From Nannocystales bacterium (GTDB taxonomy: Bacteria > Myxococcota_A > Polyangia > Nannocystales > Nannocystaceae): a stretch of DNA of 64,000 nucleotides. The translations under genes were made by a program, and so were the position numbers. Within the stretch, counting starts at the first letter, position 1; each line of letters opens with the position of its first letter. The DNA lies in the NCBI GenBank assembly GCA_050633305.1, contig JBOEGF010000008.1, forward strand, positions 64,001-128,000, written 5' to 3'. The notes under the pieces are model-generated. The model saw nothing but the letters and a program-made list of their open reading frames with translations, made no database searches and was not told where the DNA came from. Below, piece by piece: positions 55,002-64,000 of the stretch.

Positions 55002-57257
55002 ATGGAGACGAGCGATTGGAAGCCGACGGCCTGCATCTTGTGCGAGTGCAACTGCGGACTGGAGGTCCAACTCGGGGGTGAAGACGGGCGGCGACTGGTT
55101 CGACTCCGCGGGGACAAGCGCCACCCCGTCTCCCGCGGCTACGCCTGCGAAAAGCCGCACCGTCTGGACCACTATCAGAACGCCCGCGACCGCCTGACCA
55201 CACCGCTACGCAAGCGTGCGGATGGCAGCTTCGAGGCCATCGACTGGGACACCGCGATCACCGAAGTCGCAGAGCGTCTGAGCGCGGTCAAGCAGGCCCA
55301 TGGCGGCGAGAGTATTTTCTACTACGGAGGCGGCGGCCAGGGGAACCACCTTCCGGGCACCTACGCCACGGCCACCCGCCGAGCCCTCGGCTCTCGATAC
55401 CGTTCCAGCGCGCTGGCGCAGGAAAAGACGGGAGAGTTCTGGGTCAGCCACAGGATGATGGGGTCGATCACCCGCGCCGATTTCGAACACTGTGATGTCG
55501 GACTCTTTCTGGGCAAGAACCCCTGGCACTCCCACTCGCTCCCGCGCGCTCGCGTGACGCTTCGCGAGATTGCACGCGACCCCAGCCGAACGCTGATCGT
55601 GATCGACCCCCGGCGCACCGAGACCGCGGCGCTGGCGGACATCCACCTGCAGGTGGTGCCCGGCGGGGATCCGTGGCTGATCAGTGCACTTCTCGCCGTG
55701 CTGGTGGAGATCGATGGCATCGACCACGCTTTCTTGGCCGAGCACGCACGAGACGGCGACCTCGAAACGGTCCGCACCGCGATTGAAGCCGTCGACATCG
55801 CGGACGCCTGTGGGCGTGCAGGCGTCGACGAGGCGGAGGTTCGCAAGACCGCGAGCATCATCGCGGGTGCCCGGGCGTTCGCGAGCTTCGAGGACCTGGG
55901 CGTTCAGATGTCGCCCGGCTCGACCCTTGTCAGCTACCTTCACCGCCTGCTGGTGTTCCTGACCGGCAGCGTGGGAAAGGCCGGAACCCACTACGCGCCC
56001 ACCACCCTCGCGGACATCGCCAACGGGGCGGTCAAGCGCAACAGCCCGGTCATGGACGCCCCCTTGGTGGGGGGTCTCGTGCCCTGCAACATGATCGCAG
56101 AGGAGATCCTCACCGACCACGAGGCTCGGTACCGGGCGATGATCGTGGAGGCAGCCAACCCCGCGCACTCCCTCGCCGACTCGCAGCGGATGCGTAAGGC
56201 CCTCGGTGCGCTCGACACCCTGGTGGTCATCGACGTGGCCATGACCGAGACCGCCAAGCTCGCCGACTACGTGCTCCCCGCGTCCAGCCAGTTCGAAAAA
56301 GCGGAGGCCACGTTCTTCAACTTCGAGTTCCCGCACAACGCGTTTCAGCTCCGGCAGCGACTGATGGACCCGGTTCCGGGAACGCTTCCGGAGGCTGAAA
56401 TCCACGCCCGGATCTGCGAGGCGCTGGGGGCGTTCACGGACGACGACCTGGAGCCCCTGCGCGAAGCTGCGGCCCAAAGCATGGAGGCCTACGGCCAAGC
56501 GATGATGATGCGGGTGCTCTCCAACGCGCGGCTCGCCCCGCTGGCACCCGTCATCCTCTATCGGACGCTTCCACTTCCGGATGCGGCCCGCGAAGGCGCT
56601 GTCCTGCTGGGCATCGTACTCAAGGCTGCGCTCAGTGGCGCGGATGGGCTCGCCGCGGCGGGCTTCGACGGACCTCCGATGCTCGCCGCGGGGAAGCTGT
56701 TTCAGGCCATCCTCGACAACCCCGCTGGCGTCGTCTACTCCAAGGGCGAGTGGAACGGTGCGGGGCCCTGGATCAAGACCGCCGACAAGAAGCTGCACCT
56801 CGCGCTTGCCGACATGCTCGAGGCCTGGGACAGCACCCTCACCCAAGCTCCTACGCGCGACGATGCCTTTCCCTTCGTCCTCAGCGCCGGCGAGCGACGC
56901 TCCTTTACTGCCAACACGATCATCCGTGACCCGGCGTGGCGGAAGAAAGACCCGCAAGGCGGCCTTCGGATCAGCCCCGATGATGCGGAGGCGTTGGGTG
57001 TGCAGAGCGGGGACGCGGTCCGGGTGACGACCAAGCGAGGCTCGGCCACGGTCACAGCGGAGGTCAGCGACACCATGCGTTCGGGGCATATCTCGCTCCC
57101 CAACGGTCTCGGACTGAGCTATCCCGAGGGCGACGCGACACCGACGACCGGGGTTGCGCCCAATGAACTCACGGCCAGCGAAGACCGCGACCCCTTCGTC
57201 GGCACCCCGTGGCATAAGCACGTCCGCGCCCGTCTGGAGGCCGTTTCGCCGTTGTGA
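55002..57257 (+). CDS. Molybdopterin (bis-MGD) oxidoreductase, cytoplasmic
   Basis: 'CILCECNCG...CEK', 'RLTTPL', 'IDPRRTETA', 'ADYVLPA', C-terminal molydop-binding 'ISP.DA..LGV..GD.V'. Confidence 0.92.
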   Translation: METSDWKPTACILCECNCGLEVQLGGEDGRRLVRLRGDKRHPVSRGYACEKPHRLDHYQNARDRLTTPLRKRADGSFEAIDWDTAITEVAERLSAVKQAHGGESIFYYGGGGQGNHLPGTYATATRRALGSRYRSSALAQEKTGEFWVSHRMMGSITRADFEHCDVGLFLGKNPWHSHSLPRARVTLREIARDPSRTLIVIDPRRTETAALADIHLQVVPGGDPWLISALLAVLVEIDGIDHAFLAEHARDGDLETVRTAIEAVDIADACGRAGVDEAEVRKTASIIAGARAFASFEDLGVQMSPGSTLVSYLHRLLVFLTGSVGKAGTHYAPTTLADIANGAVKRNSPVMDAPLVGGLVPCNMIAEEILTDHEARYRAMIVEAANPAHSLADSQRMRKALGALDTLVVIDVAMTETAKLADYVLPASSQFEKAEATFFNFEFPHNAFQLRQRLMDPVPGTLPEAEIHARICEALGAFTDDDLEPLREAAAQSMEAYGQAMMMRVLSNARLAPLAPVILYRTLPLPDAAREGAVLLGIVLKAALSGADGLAAAGFDGPPMLAAGKLFQAILDNPAGVVYSKGEWNGAGPWIKTADKKLHLALADMLEAWDSTLTQAPTRDDAFPFVLSAGERRSFTANTIIRDPAWRKKDPQGGLRISPDDAEALGVQSGDAVRVTTKRGSATVTAEVSDTMRSGHISLPNGLGLSYPEGDATPTTGVAPNELTASEDRDPFVGTPWHKHVRARLEAVSPL

Positions 57258-57300
57258 TGGTTTCTTGGAGGGGAGCACTGAACATGGTATCAGCCGGTCT

Positions 57301-57705
57301 GTGAACGACCCCAACATCGTCCCTGAGCCCATTGTGAAGCTGATCGACGTGTTCGAGGCCCAGCTTCCCGAGGTCGAGTTCCCCGGAGTCAACGCGGCCA
57401 CGCTCCGCGAGCAGGCCACCACCGTCGACGCCGCTGCAGAGACCCTGGCGGCAGCCGAGGTCGCGTTGCGGGAAGCCAGGACTCAGCACGCCGAGGCCTA
57501 TGGGGCCCTGCGCACCGCAGCCGAGCGGGGCCTCGGCTATGCCCAAGTGTACGCCACCGACAACACCGAGCTGGCCGAGGCCCTCGCGGGCATCGAGCTT
57601 CGTCCCGCCAAACCGCGCCGCACCCCACCCAAGAAGCGCGCACGCAAGCCCAAGCCTACGCCGGACAATGTTGCCGAGCTGCCGCTTCAAGCCGAGACCG
57701 CGTAG
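57301..57705 (+). CDS. Hypothetical coiled-coil protein with basic tail
   Basis: 'LPEVEFPGV', Ala/Glu helix, 'GLGYAQVYA', 'KKRARKPK'. Confidence 0.6.
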   Translation: MNDPNIVPEPIVKLIDVFEAQLPEVEFPGVNAATLREQATTVDAAAETLAAAEVALREARTQHAEAYGALRTAAERGLGYAQVYATDNTELAEALAGIELRPAKPRRTPPKKRARKPKPTPDNVAELPLQAETA

Positions 57706-57720
57706 GCTCGCGCCGCGGCC

Positions 57721-58917
57721 ATGACCGACGCCCCTCCCTCCCCGAGCGTTCGGAACGCCCGTTGGCTCGTCGTCTCCAAGGCGTCGGTCAAGCTGGGCGA
57801 CCTCCTGTGCGATGCCAAGACCACGGTGCCCTGGCTCTTGCTCTCGGCGGGGGCACCGGCGGGCATGCTTGGGCTGCTGGTGCCGGTCCGCGAGAGCCTC
57901 AGCATGCTCCCGCAGGTGTTCATCGCACCGTGGGTTCAGGCGGTCGAGCCTCGTCAACGCATGGCCGCCGCTGCGATCGGAGTTCAAGCGATGGCAGCTC
58001 TCGCGATCGCCCTCCTGGCCTTCAGCTTGCGTGGCGCGGCTGCGGGCGTCGCCGTCCTCATCGCACTTGGTGTTCTCGGCATCGGGCGGGCCTTCGCCTC
58101 CCTCGCGAACAAGGACGTCTTGGCGCGTGCCGTCCCCAAGGGCCGTCGCGGGCAGGTGACGGGCCGAGCCACGAGCATCGCAGGGATGATCGGGCTGGGC
58201 GGCGCGGCAGCGAGCTTGCTCGTCACCCGACCCGATTCGGTGAGTGTGCTCGTCCTCGTCGTGGGCGCCGCGAGTGCGGCGTTCGGCTTGGCCGCGCTTG
58301 CACTGCTCCGCGTGACCGAGGACGCAGCCCCGGCCAAGGCGAAGCAGCGTGCGTCGTTGCGGAGCGCGCTCTCCGACCCTCGCCTCCGCCGGTTCGTGGC
58401 GGTTCGGACACTCCTCGCCGCTTCCGCACTCGGGGGACCCTACATCGTGAGCCTTGGGCGCGACGGAGCCTCCACGCTGCAAACGCTTGCGGCGTTCGTC
58501 CTCGCCGGCGGTGCCGCTTCATTCGTCTCCGCGGGGTCGTGGGGGAGGTTTGCGGATCGCTCCGGCCGCGGTTGTATGGCGGCCGGCGGGACAGTTGCTG
58601 CGGTGGCTGCCTCCGGTGTCCTCGCGCTGCAGAGCCTCGCTCCCGCCACCACGGCGTGGGCATGGGCAGGCCTCTACTTCGCGTTCAGCGTTGGCTACGT
58701 GGGCGTCCGTGTTGGCCGCAAGACCTACATCGTCGACCTCGCTCAAGGCGATGCACGGACTCAGTTCGTCGCGTCCAGCAACACCTTAGTCGCCCTCGCC
58801 CTGCTGGCGTTGGGAGCCGGACTCGCGGTGTTGCCGAGCGCCACCGCAGCGATCACGGCGTGCACTGGACTCACGGTCCTGGGCGCCGCGGGCTGTCTCG
58901 CTCTGGCCCGCTCCTAG
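57721..58917 (+). CDS. MFS transporter
   Basis: Multiple TM helices; 'KTTVPWLL', 'LLVPVRESLSMLPQ', 'GRKTYIVD'. Confidence 0.85.
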   Translation: MTDAPPSPSVRNARWLVVSKASVKLGDLLCDAKTTVPWLLLSAGAPAGMLGLLVPVRESLSMLPQVFIAPWVQAVEPRQRMAAAAIGVQAMAALAIALLAFSLRGAAAGVAVLIALGVLGIGRAFASLANKDVLARAVPKGRRGQVTGRATSIAGMIGLGGAAASLLVTRPDSVSVLVLVVGAASAAFGLAALALLRVTEDAAPAKAKQRASLRSALSDPRLRRFVAVRTLLAASALGGPYIVSLGRDGASTLQTLAAFVLAGGAASFVSAGSWGRFADRSGRGCMAAGGTVAAVAASGVLALQSLAPATTAWAWAGLYFAFSVGYVGVRVGRKTYIVDLAQGDARTQFVASSNTLVALALLALGAGLAVLPSATAAITACTGLTVLGAAGCLALARS

Positions 58918-58951
58918 GGCAGGAAGGCCGGCAGGCCACCACGCCCCCCGC

Positions 58952-59677
58952 CTACTCGACGTTGTGGAACACGGTCTGGACGTCGTCATCGTCCTCCAGC
59001 CGTGCGATCAGCTTGAGGACCTCGTCCATCTGTTCTTCGCTGAGTTCGGTGGTGGTCTTGGGGATCCACTCGAACCCAGAACTCACCGGCTCGATCTTTC
59101 GCTCCTCGAGGGCAGACTGCAGCGAGCCGAAGTCCTCGAATGCGCACCGCAGGATGACCTGCTCGGAGCCGTCCTCGCCCGTGCCGTCGAGCATCTCATC
59201 GAGGCCATGGTCGATGAGCTCGAGCTCCATCTCTTCGCGATCGAGCCCCTCGGGCTTGAGCCGAAAGATGCCGAGCCGGTCGAACATGAAGGACACCGAG
59301 CCTTCCGCGCCGAGGTTGCCGTTGCCCTTCTTGAAGGCGTTGCGAACATTGGCCACCGTCCGAGTCACGTTGTCGGTCGCCGTGTCGACGATGATCGCGA
59401 CCCCATGCGGGCCGTAGCCCTCGTAGATCGCTTCCTCGTAGTTGTCGGTGTCGTTCAGCCCCAGCGCCTTCTCGATCGCCGACGTGACGCGATCCTTGGG
59501 CATGTTGACCGCGTTCGCGTTTTGGATCGCGCGACGCAGCGTCGGGTTGGTCTCGGGGTCTCCTCCGCCAGCCTTGACCGCCATGGTGACCTGGCGGGTG
59601 GCACGCGTGAACGCCTTGTTGTTGGCGGCGCCACGCTTGAAGATCGCTTGCTTTCGGTTCTCGAAGTTGCGGCCCAT
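58952..59677 (-). CDS. yebC: YebC/PmpR family protein
   Basis: 'MGRNFENRK', 'GGGDPETNP', 'NMPKD', 'YEGYGPHGVA', 'TDNVTRT', 'DDDDVQTVFHN'. Confidence 0.95.
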   Translation of the reverse strand: MGRNFENRKQAIFKRGAANNKAFTRATRQVTMAVKAGGGDPETNPTLRRAIQNANAVNMPKDRVTSAIEKALGLNDTDNYEEAIYEGYGPHGVAIIVDTATDNVTRTVANVRNAFKKGNGNLGAEGSVSFMFDRLGIFRLKPEGLDREEMELELIDHGLDEMLDGTGEDGSEQVILRCAFEDFGSLQSALEERKIEPVSSGFEWIPKTTTELSEEQMDEVLKLIARLEDDDDVQTVFHNVE

Positions 59678-59743
59678 GGGGGTCCTCCGTCGACGACCGT
59701 CCCCAAGGACGTGCTTCGTCGTGCGGGAGGCAGAGTAGCGCCG

Positions 59744-60511
59744 GTGCGCCAGCCCGTCGAGAGGCACCAGCCACCGGCGGGTCTGGACCCGGAGTGGTCC
59801 ACCCTCCGGGGTCCTCCGCCTGCTACGGTCGAGGACGTGGATGATCGTCCTTCCCTCGATCTCGGCGAGCTGGGTCGCCTGCTCCAGCGGGTTGCGCCCC
59901 ACAAGACCGTCCCCGAGGTCATGGGTGCGCTCACCGCTCTCGCCAGTGCGCCTGCGTCCCCACACCCCTCGCAGTGGCTGTTGACCCTCACCGACGATGC
60001 TCGTTTCGAAGACGAGACCGACGCACGTGACTTTCTGCAGCAGGTCCTCGGTGCCTACCGAGAGCTGGATGCACTCCTACAGATGGGCGAAGCGGTGGGC
60101 CCGGACGCCGAGGACCCCCTCGTCGTGGCGCAATGGTGCCGCGGCTACTTCCAAACAGCTCGCAACGACGCGACCTGGTCCGCGGACACCGACTCGATGC
60201 GCCGGTTGATGCCGCTGGCGCTGCTCGCCGGGGAGCTCGACCGCGTGGGCCAGCCGGGCTCCGGTATGCACGGTGACGCCATGCGCTCCAAATGGACCGC
60301 CGCGCTCGGCGACCTGGCGTCGTCGTTCTACACGCAGTGGGCCGACGCCCGGGCCAAGCACCGACCCCAACCCCCGCGCGAAGACGAGCCGAGTCCCGCG
60401 CCCGACGGGGACGCCGTCCCTTTCAAACACAGTGCCCCCAAGCTCGGCCGCAACGCCCCGTGCCACTGCGGTAGCGGGAAGAAGTTCAAGCAGTGCCACG
60501 GCAAGCCGTGA
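59744..60511 (+). CDS. UPF0149/YecA-like protein with C-terminal SEC-C motif
   Basis: 'G.LTALASAP...PSQWL', 'WCRGY', 'GRNAPCHCGSGKKFKQCHG'; start uncertain. Confidence 0.8.
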   Translation: MRQPVERHQPPAGLDPEWSTLRGPPPATVEDVDDRPSLDLGELGRLLQRVAPHKTVPEVMGALTALASAPASPHPSQWLLTLTDDARFEDETDARDFLQQVLGAYRELDALLQMGEAVGPDAEDPLVVAQWCRGYFQTARNDATWSADTDSMRRLMPLALLAGELDRVGQPGSGMHGDAMRSKWTAALGDLASSFYTQWADARAKHRPQPPREDEPSPAPDGDAVPFKHSAPKLGRNAPCHCGSGKKFKQCHGKP

Positions 60512-60766
60512 GCACGCCATGGACCTCGAGGTCGTGAGGTCATCGGCCCTCCCGCCGATCGGGCGGGACCTGCGCACAACGTCGAAAGGACGAAGGACTG
60601 ACACTGTCTCTTTGGGACAGACATCCACTCTTCCACAGTTCGGCCGCGGTGAGCCAGCGTTTGGACGCCAGAGGGACGAGGATTCCCCCGCCCACAACAA
60701 CCGTTCGAACGCGTGTTGTGAGTCGGCCACTCGTGCAGCACCCGAAGCGCGACTACACTAGCCAAT

Positions 60767-61999
60767 ATGAAACGAGTTGGATTAGCCGCAAGGATTGCGT
60801 GCTGCGTGTTGGCCGTGCAGGCGCTCGCGTGCACAGGCAAGTCGGACAGCTCGACCGGGTCTCCAGGATCGAGTGCGTCTGGGGAGATGTCGGGAACCAC
60901 CACCGATGACGATGCCACCACCACAGGAGACGCGTGCGATTGGGGAGGCACACTTCACTTCGTCGCCCTCGTAGCCATTGTCGATGGAGAGGCGCAGTCC
61001 TCCGTTCTCATCGAAGAAGAGACCACGCTCCCGATCCCCGTGGTCTCCGACCTCCAGGGCGGCATCGTCTTCGGGACCTACGGCGAGGAAGTCCAGCTCG
61101 TCCGCCACGGCGCTGACGGTCTGCGGCTTGGCGCGCTTGGACTGCCATCCGGGCCACAAGACCTCACACGCGACGGCACAGGCCGCATCATCTACGCAGG
61201 TCGGTTCGACGAAGGTATGGCCTACGGAGTTCTCGACCAAGCCCTCGACCCCGTCGGCCCGCGACGCGTGTTGCCTTGGGGTGCACCCCTGCTGCAGCAC
61301 CAACTCAAGATCGCCGGACTCCCCGATGGCTCGATTGTCGTGGCAGGCGGAGGTCAGCGAGGAAGCGGTCGGTTGGTCAGCCGACTCGACCCCAGCGGCG
61401 ACGAAGTCTGGACAACGTCCTGGCCCGTGGGCTCCCAGCCGGACGACCACGGCAACGCACAAGTCGCGGGCATTGCCGTGCTCGCCGATGGCACCTCCGC
61501 AATCGCGCTCACCTCCGGTGATCTGTACGAAGGTGACCTGTCGCTCGAGGCATTCGCCGCCGACGGGCAGCACGCCTGGGCTGCCACGATCGAGGATGTG
61601 AGAGCGCAAGGACTGACCGTCAACGCCGACACGTTCGTCGTATCCGGCAGGGCGAGTTCCTCGGATGGCAACGCCTACGGATATGCTTCCGACGGAACGC
61701 GGATCTGGTCGACCCCGCTCGCGTCGTCGGGTGGAGGCGGTGTCCACCCCTGCGCTGAAACCGACTTCATCGCCGCGTCGGGCGCGGGGTTCACCCGAAT
61801 CTCGTCCGATGGAACGTCCACCGAGCATAGCCTCGACCTCATGGAACTCGTGCAGTCACAACTCTCCCCCGACCAGCCCTACGACGGTCTCGAGATCCAT
61901 CAGCACGACGCCGTGTGCACCTCCGAGGGTGCCGTGATCCTCGTGGCCGACGTCACAGTCTACACGGAGACCGCGGTCCTCTGCGACAGCGACCGGTGA
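60767..61999 (+). CDS. Beta-propeller-like lipoprotein
   Basis: 'ALAC' lipobox; repeats 'LDPSGDEVW', 'FAADGQHAW', 'YASDGTRIW'. Confidence 0.65.
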   Translation: MKRVGLAARIACCVLAVQALACTGKSDSSTGSPGSSASGEMSGTTTDDDATTTGDACDWGGTLHFVALVAIVDGEAQSSVLIEEETTLPIPVVSDLQGGIVFGTYGEEVQLVRHGADGLRLGALGLPSGPQDLTRDGTGRIIYAGRFDEGMAYGVLDQALDPVGPRRVLPWGAPLLQHQLKIAGLPDGSIVVAGGGQRGSGRLVSRLDPSGDEVWTTSWPVGSQPDDHGNAQVAGIAVLADGTSAIALTSGDLYEGDLSLEAFAADGQHAWAATIEDVRAQGLTVNADTFVVSGRASSSDGNAYGYASDGTRIWSTPLASSGGGGVHPCAETDFIAASGAGFTRISSDGTSTEHSLDLMELVQSQLSPDQPYDGLEIHQHDAVCTSEGAVILVADVTVYTETAVLCDSDR

Positions 62000-62027
62000 C
62001 CTGAGGCATTCGGGACAGCGCCCGGAC

Positions 62028-63311
62028 TCAGGACCCGCCAGCGTGACCACCGAAGTGGGTACGCGGCGGGTCTTTCTTCCATGCGAGCTGGATCGATGCC
62101 CCTCCGCCGGGCGCATCGAGGATGTGAAGACGTCCTCCGTGTAGCCGCATGATGCGAGAGACGATCGCCAAACCTAGGCCCGTCCCTCGAGTGTCCTTCT
62201 TCTTCGGCATCCGGACGAAGGGACGAATCACTTTGGGTCGGTCCAACTCCGGGATCCCCGGCCCGGAGTCCTGCACATCGATGATGCACTCGGCGTCGAA
62301 CTCCCGCACGCTGAGCTTGATCACCGGCCCCCCGTACGCGATCGCGTTGAGCAAGATGTTGGTCAATGCTCGATCGAAGAGCTTCTGGTTGGCGACTACG
62401 CATGCATCCAGGTCACCGCGAACTCGGACCTCCAAGTCCTCGGAGGTGGCGGTGACCTCGTTGACGATACGCCGGACACACGCACCCAGCCGGATGATGC
62501 AGGTCTGTAGCTTGGGGCGGTCCTGATCGAACTCGTCGAACGCGACGTACGTGAGCAGTTCGTCGAACAGGTTGTCGACCTGGCCGAGGTCGTTGACCAA
62601 CCCGTCGCTGTCCTTGCGCGAGCCCTCGTCCGCGCGACGATGCAGCTTGTCTACCCGGAAGCGCATGCGCGCGATCGGAGCACGCACCTCGTGTGCCACG
62701 GTCCGCAGAAGATCGCGTTCATCGGTGAGAAGTTGGCCGATGCGGTCGGCAAGCTGGTTGAGCGAGCCACCGAGGCTGTCGAAGGGATCCCCCTCGCTCC
62801 GCGTGGTTCGAGCGGAAAAGTCGCCCGCACACATCCGCGTCGCCAGTGTCTCGAGAGCTCGGATTCGACGGACGATCGGCCACGCAACCAAGGCCGCGAC
62901 CACCAGCGAAACAAGCAGTGCCAGTGCAAGCGCGGACGGGAGGCCCGCGACCGGACCCGGTGGTAACGGGCCCAACGCGACCTGCCCCACAGACTGCGCA
63001 GGCCGTTCCTCAGGGACCTGAACGACCACGTACAACCGGGACCCTCGCCACTCCGCGCGAGGCTCGGAGCCGCCCGCGCCCGGCTCTAGCAACACGTCGA
63101 GTTGGAGCCTCTCGGCGATTCGTCGGGCTTCCTCGCGCCGCTGCGTCGGAGGTGTGGCCGCCAGCGTTTCGGCGTGCAACTCGGCCTGCGGCCCCATCAC
63201 CAACAGCGCGAACTCCTCCTCCGAGTCGCCGATGACCAAGCGAGACAACAGCAGCGTAGCGACGGTGGTGACCAGCAGGACCGCCACCAACTTGGAGAAG
63301 CCCCCGGTCAA
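62028..63311 (-). CDS. HAMP sensor histidine kinase (RstB-like)
   Basis: 2 TM, HAMP, 'AHEVRAPIAR', 'NAIAYG', 'DSGPGI', 'GTGLGLAIV'. Confidence 0.93.
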   Translation of the reverse strand: MTGGFSKLVAVLLVTTVATLLLSRLVIGDSEEEFALLVMGPQAELHAETLAATPPTQRREEARRIAERLQLDVLLEPGAGGSEPRAEWRGSRLYVVVQVPEERPAQSVGQVALGPLPPGPVAGLPSALALALLVSLVVAALVAWPIVRRIRALETLATRMCAGDFSARTTRSEGDPFDSLGGSLNQLADRIGQLLTDERDLLRTVAHEVRAPIARMRFRVDKLHRRADEGSRKDSDGLVNDLGQVDNLFDELLTYVAFDEFDQDRPKLQTCIIRLGACVRRIVNEVTATSEDLEVRVRGDLDACVVANQKLFDRALTNILLNAIAYGGPVIKLSVREFDAECIIDVQDSGPGIPELDRPKVIRPFVRMPKKKDTRGTGLGLAIVSRIMRLHGGRLHILDAPGGGASIQLAWKKDPPRTHFGGHAGGS

Positions 63312-64000
63312 TCCTTGGGCTCCAGGAACAGGTATCCTACGCCCCGCACGGACTTGATCCAGCGCGACCGTTTCGCGTCGTCACCCAGCTTGCTGCGCAG
63401 CCGACCAATGCGGACGTCGATGCTCCGCCCCAAACCGTCGTAAGCGCTCTCCCATACATCGCGGCTGAGTTGGTCCCGGGTGAGCGTCTGGCCCTCGTGC
63501 GACTTGAGGTAGACCAGCAGGTCGAACTCCGCGTCGGTCAGCTCGAGATGTTGCCCGCCCAAGCGAGCGGTTCGCCTGCCGCTGTCGAGTTCGAGCCCGG
63601 TCGGGTGCTTTCTCTGGGTCTCCTCTGCGGAGAATGCTTCGGTGCGGCGCAACAGCGTCCGAACCCGGGCCAGCAGCAACCGAGGCTCCACGGGCTTGCC
63701 CAAGTAGTCGTCCGCGCCCAGCTCCAAGCCGACGATCTCATCCACCCAGCCGGAGCGGGCTGTCAGCAACAGCAGCGGCCCTCGGTACCAAGCCCGAAGG
63801 TCCTTGCAGAGCTCGAGTCCGTCCTTCCCCGGAAGCATCAAGTCTAGGATCACCAGGTCGGGTGCAAGACGGCGGACCGCCTCCTCGGCCTCGTCGCCAT
63901 GGTCGACCACATCGACGGTCAATCCGTTCTCGCCGAGGTAGTCGGAGATCAGCGTCGAGAGTTCGGAGTCGTCCTCGACCAGCAGGATATTTCGCTGCAG
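63308..64000 (-). CDS. OmpR-family response regulator (RstA-like), 5' end at window edge
   Basis: 'ILLVEDD', 'DLMLPGKDG', 'GADDY', 'RSIDVRIGRLRSKL', 'SVRGVGY'. Confidence 0.93.
   Translation of the reverse strand: MQRNILLVEDDSELSTLISDYLGENGLTVDVVDHGDEAEEAVRRLAPDLVILDLMLPGKDGLELCKDLRAWYRGPLLLLTARSGWVDEIVGLELGADDYLGKPVEPRLLLARVRTLLRRTEAFSAEETQRKHPTGLELDSGRRTARLGGQHLELTDAEFDLLVYLKSHEGQTLTRDQLSRDVWESAYDGLGRSIDVRIGRLRSKLGDDAKRSRWIKSVRGVGYLFLEPKD

Noticed and set aside
55206..57422. 738-aa minus-strand ORF
   Set aside because: It is the antisense shadow of the molybdopterin oxidoreductase.
60604..60612. CTGTCTCTT match to the Tn5/Nextera mosaic end
   Set aside because: Only 9 of 19 nt match and the sequence diverges immediately, which is insufficient for an adapter or IS50 end.
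1..64000. tRNA, rRNA, prophage, integrase, transposase, or selenocysteine/frameshift recoding
   Set aside because: I saw no cloverleaf or rRNA motifs and no mobile-element genes, and the redox enzymes have intact Cys motifs with no split ORFs. This was a visual scan only; tRNAscan and Infernal were not run.

Overview
High-GC bacterial chromosomal segment, densely coding (~60 CDS). It most likely comes from a myxobacterium (Myxococcota, Nannocystaceae-like). This is inferred from a MYXO-CTERM protease, DUF2378/V4R-like proteins, a DUF1552/DUF1592 pair, a Hanks Ser/Thr kinase next to an ECF sigma, and many lipoproteins with Ser/Thr/Gly/Asp-rich linkers. I found no rRNA, tRNA, CRISPR array, integrase or intact transposase. 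Most genes are housekeeping or accessory singletons (speE, ABC-F, trxA, yghU, rnj, yebC, cyclophilin, 5'-nucleotidase, Mo-oxidoreductase, RstAB-like two-component system). The most notable observations are: (1) a ~180-nt structured leader with crossing pairings before a gene carrying a short basic N-terminal module, a candidate cis-RNA/protein autoregulatory system; (2) an ERG26/NSDHL-like sterol dehydrogenase that looks protist-like; (3) a YjbR protein with a perfect 8x18-bp (TASKKK)8 histone-like tail; (4) a kinase-TPR-DUF1592-DUF1552 / LamG-ECF divergent module; (5) a MacAB-type exporter with three lipoprotein adaptors; (6) readable regulatory sites (WYL operator, ECF41 promoter, sigma54 promoter, SD-covering hairpin at trxA). 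All family calls come from recalled motifs, with no database search, and several start codons are estimates.
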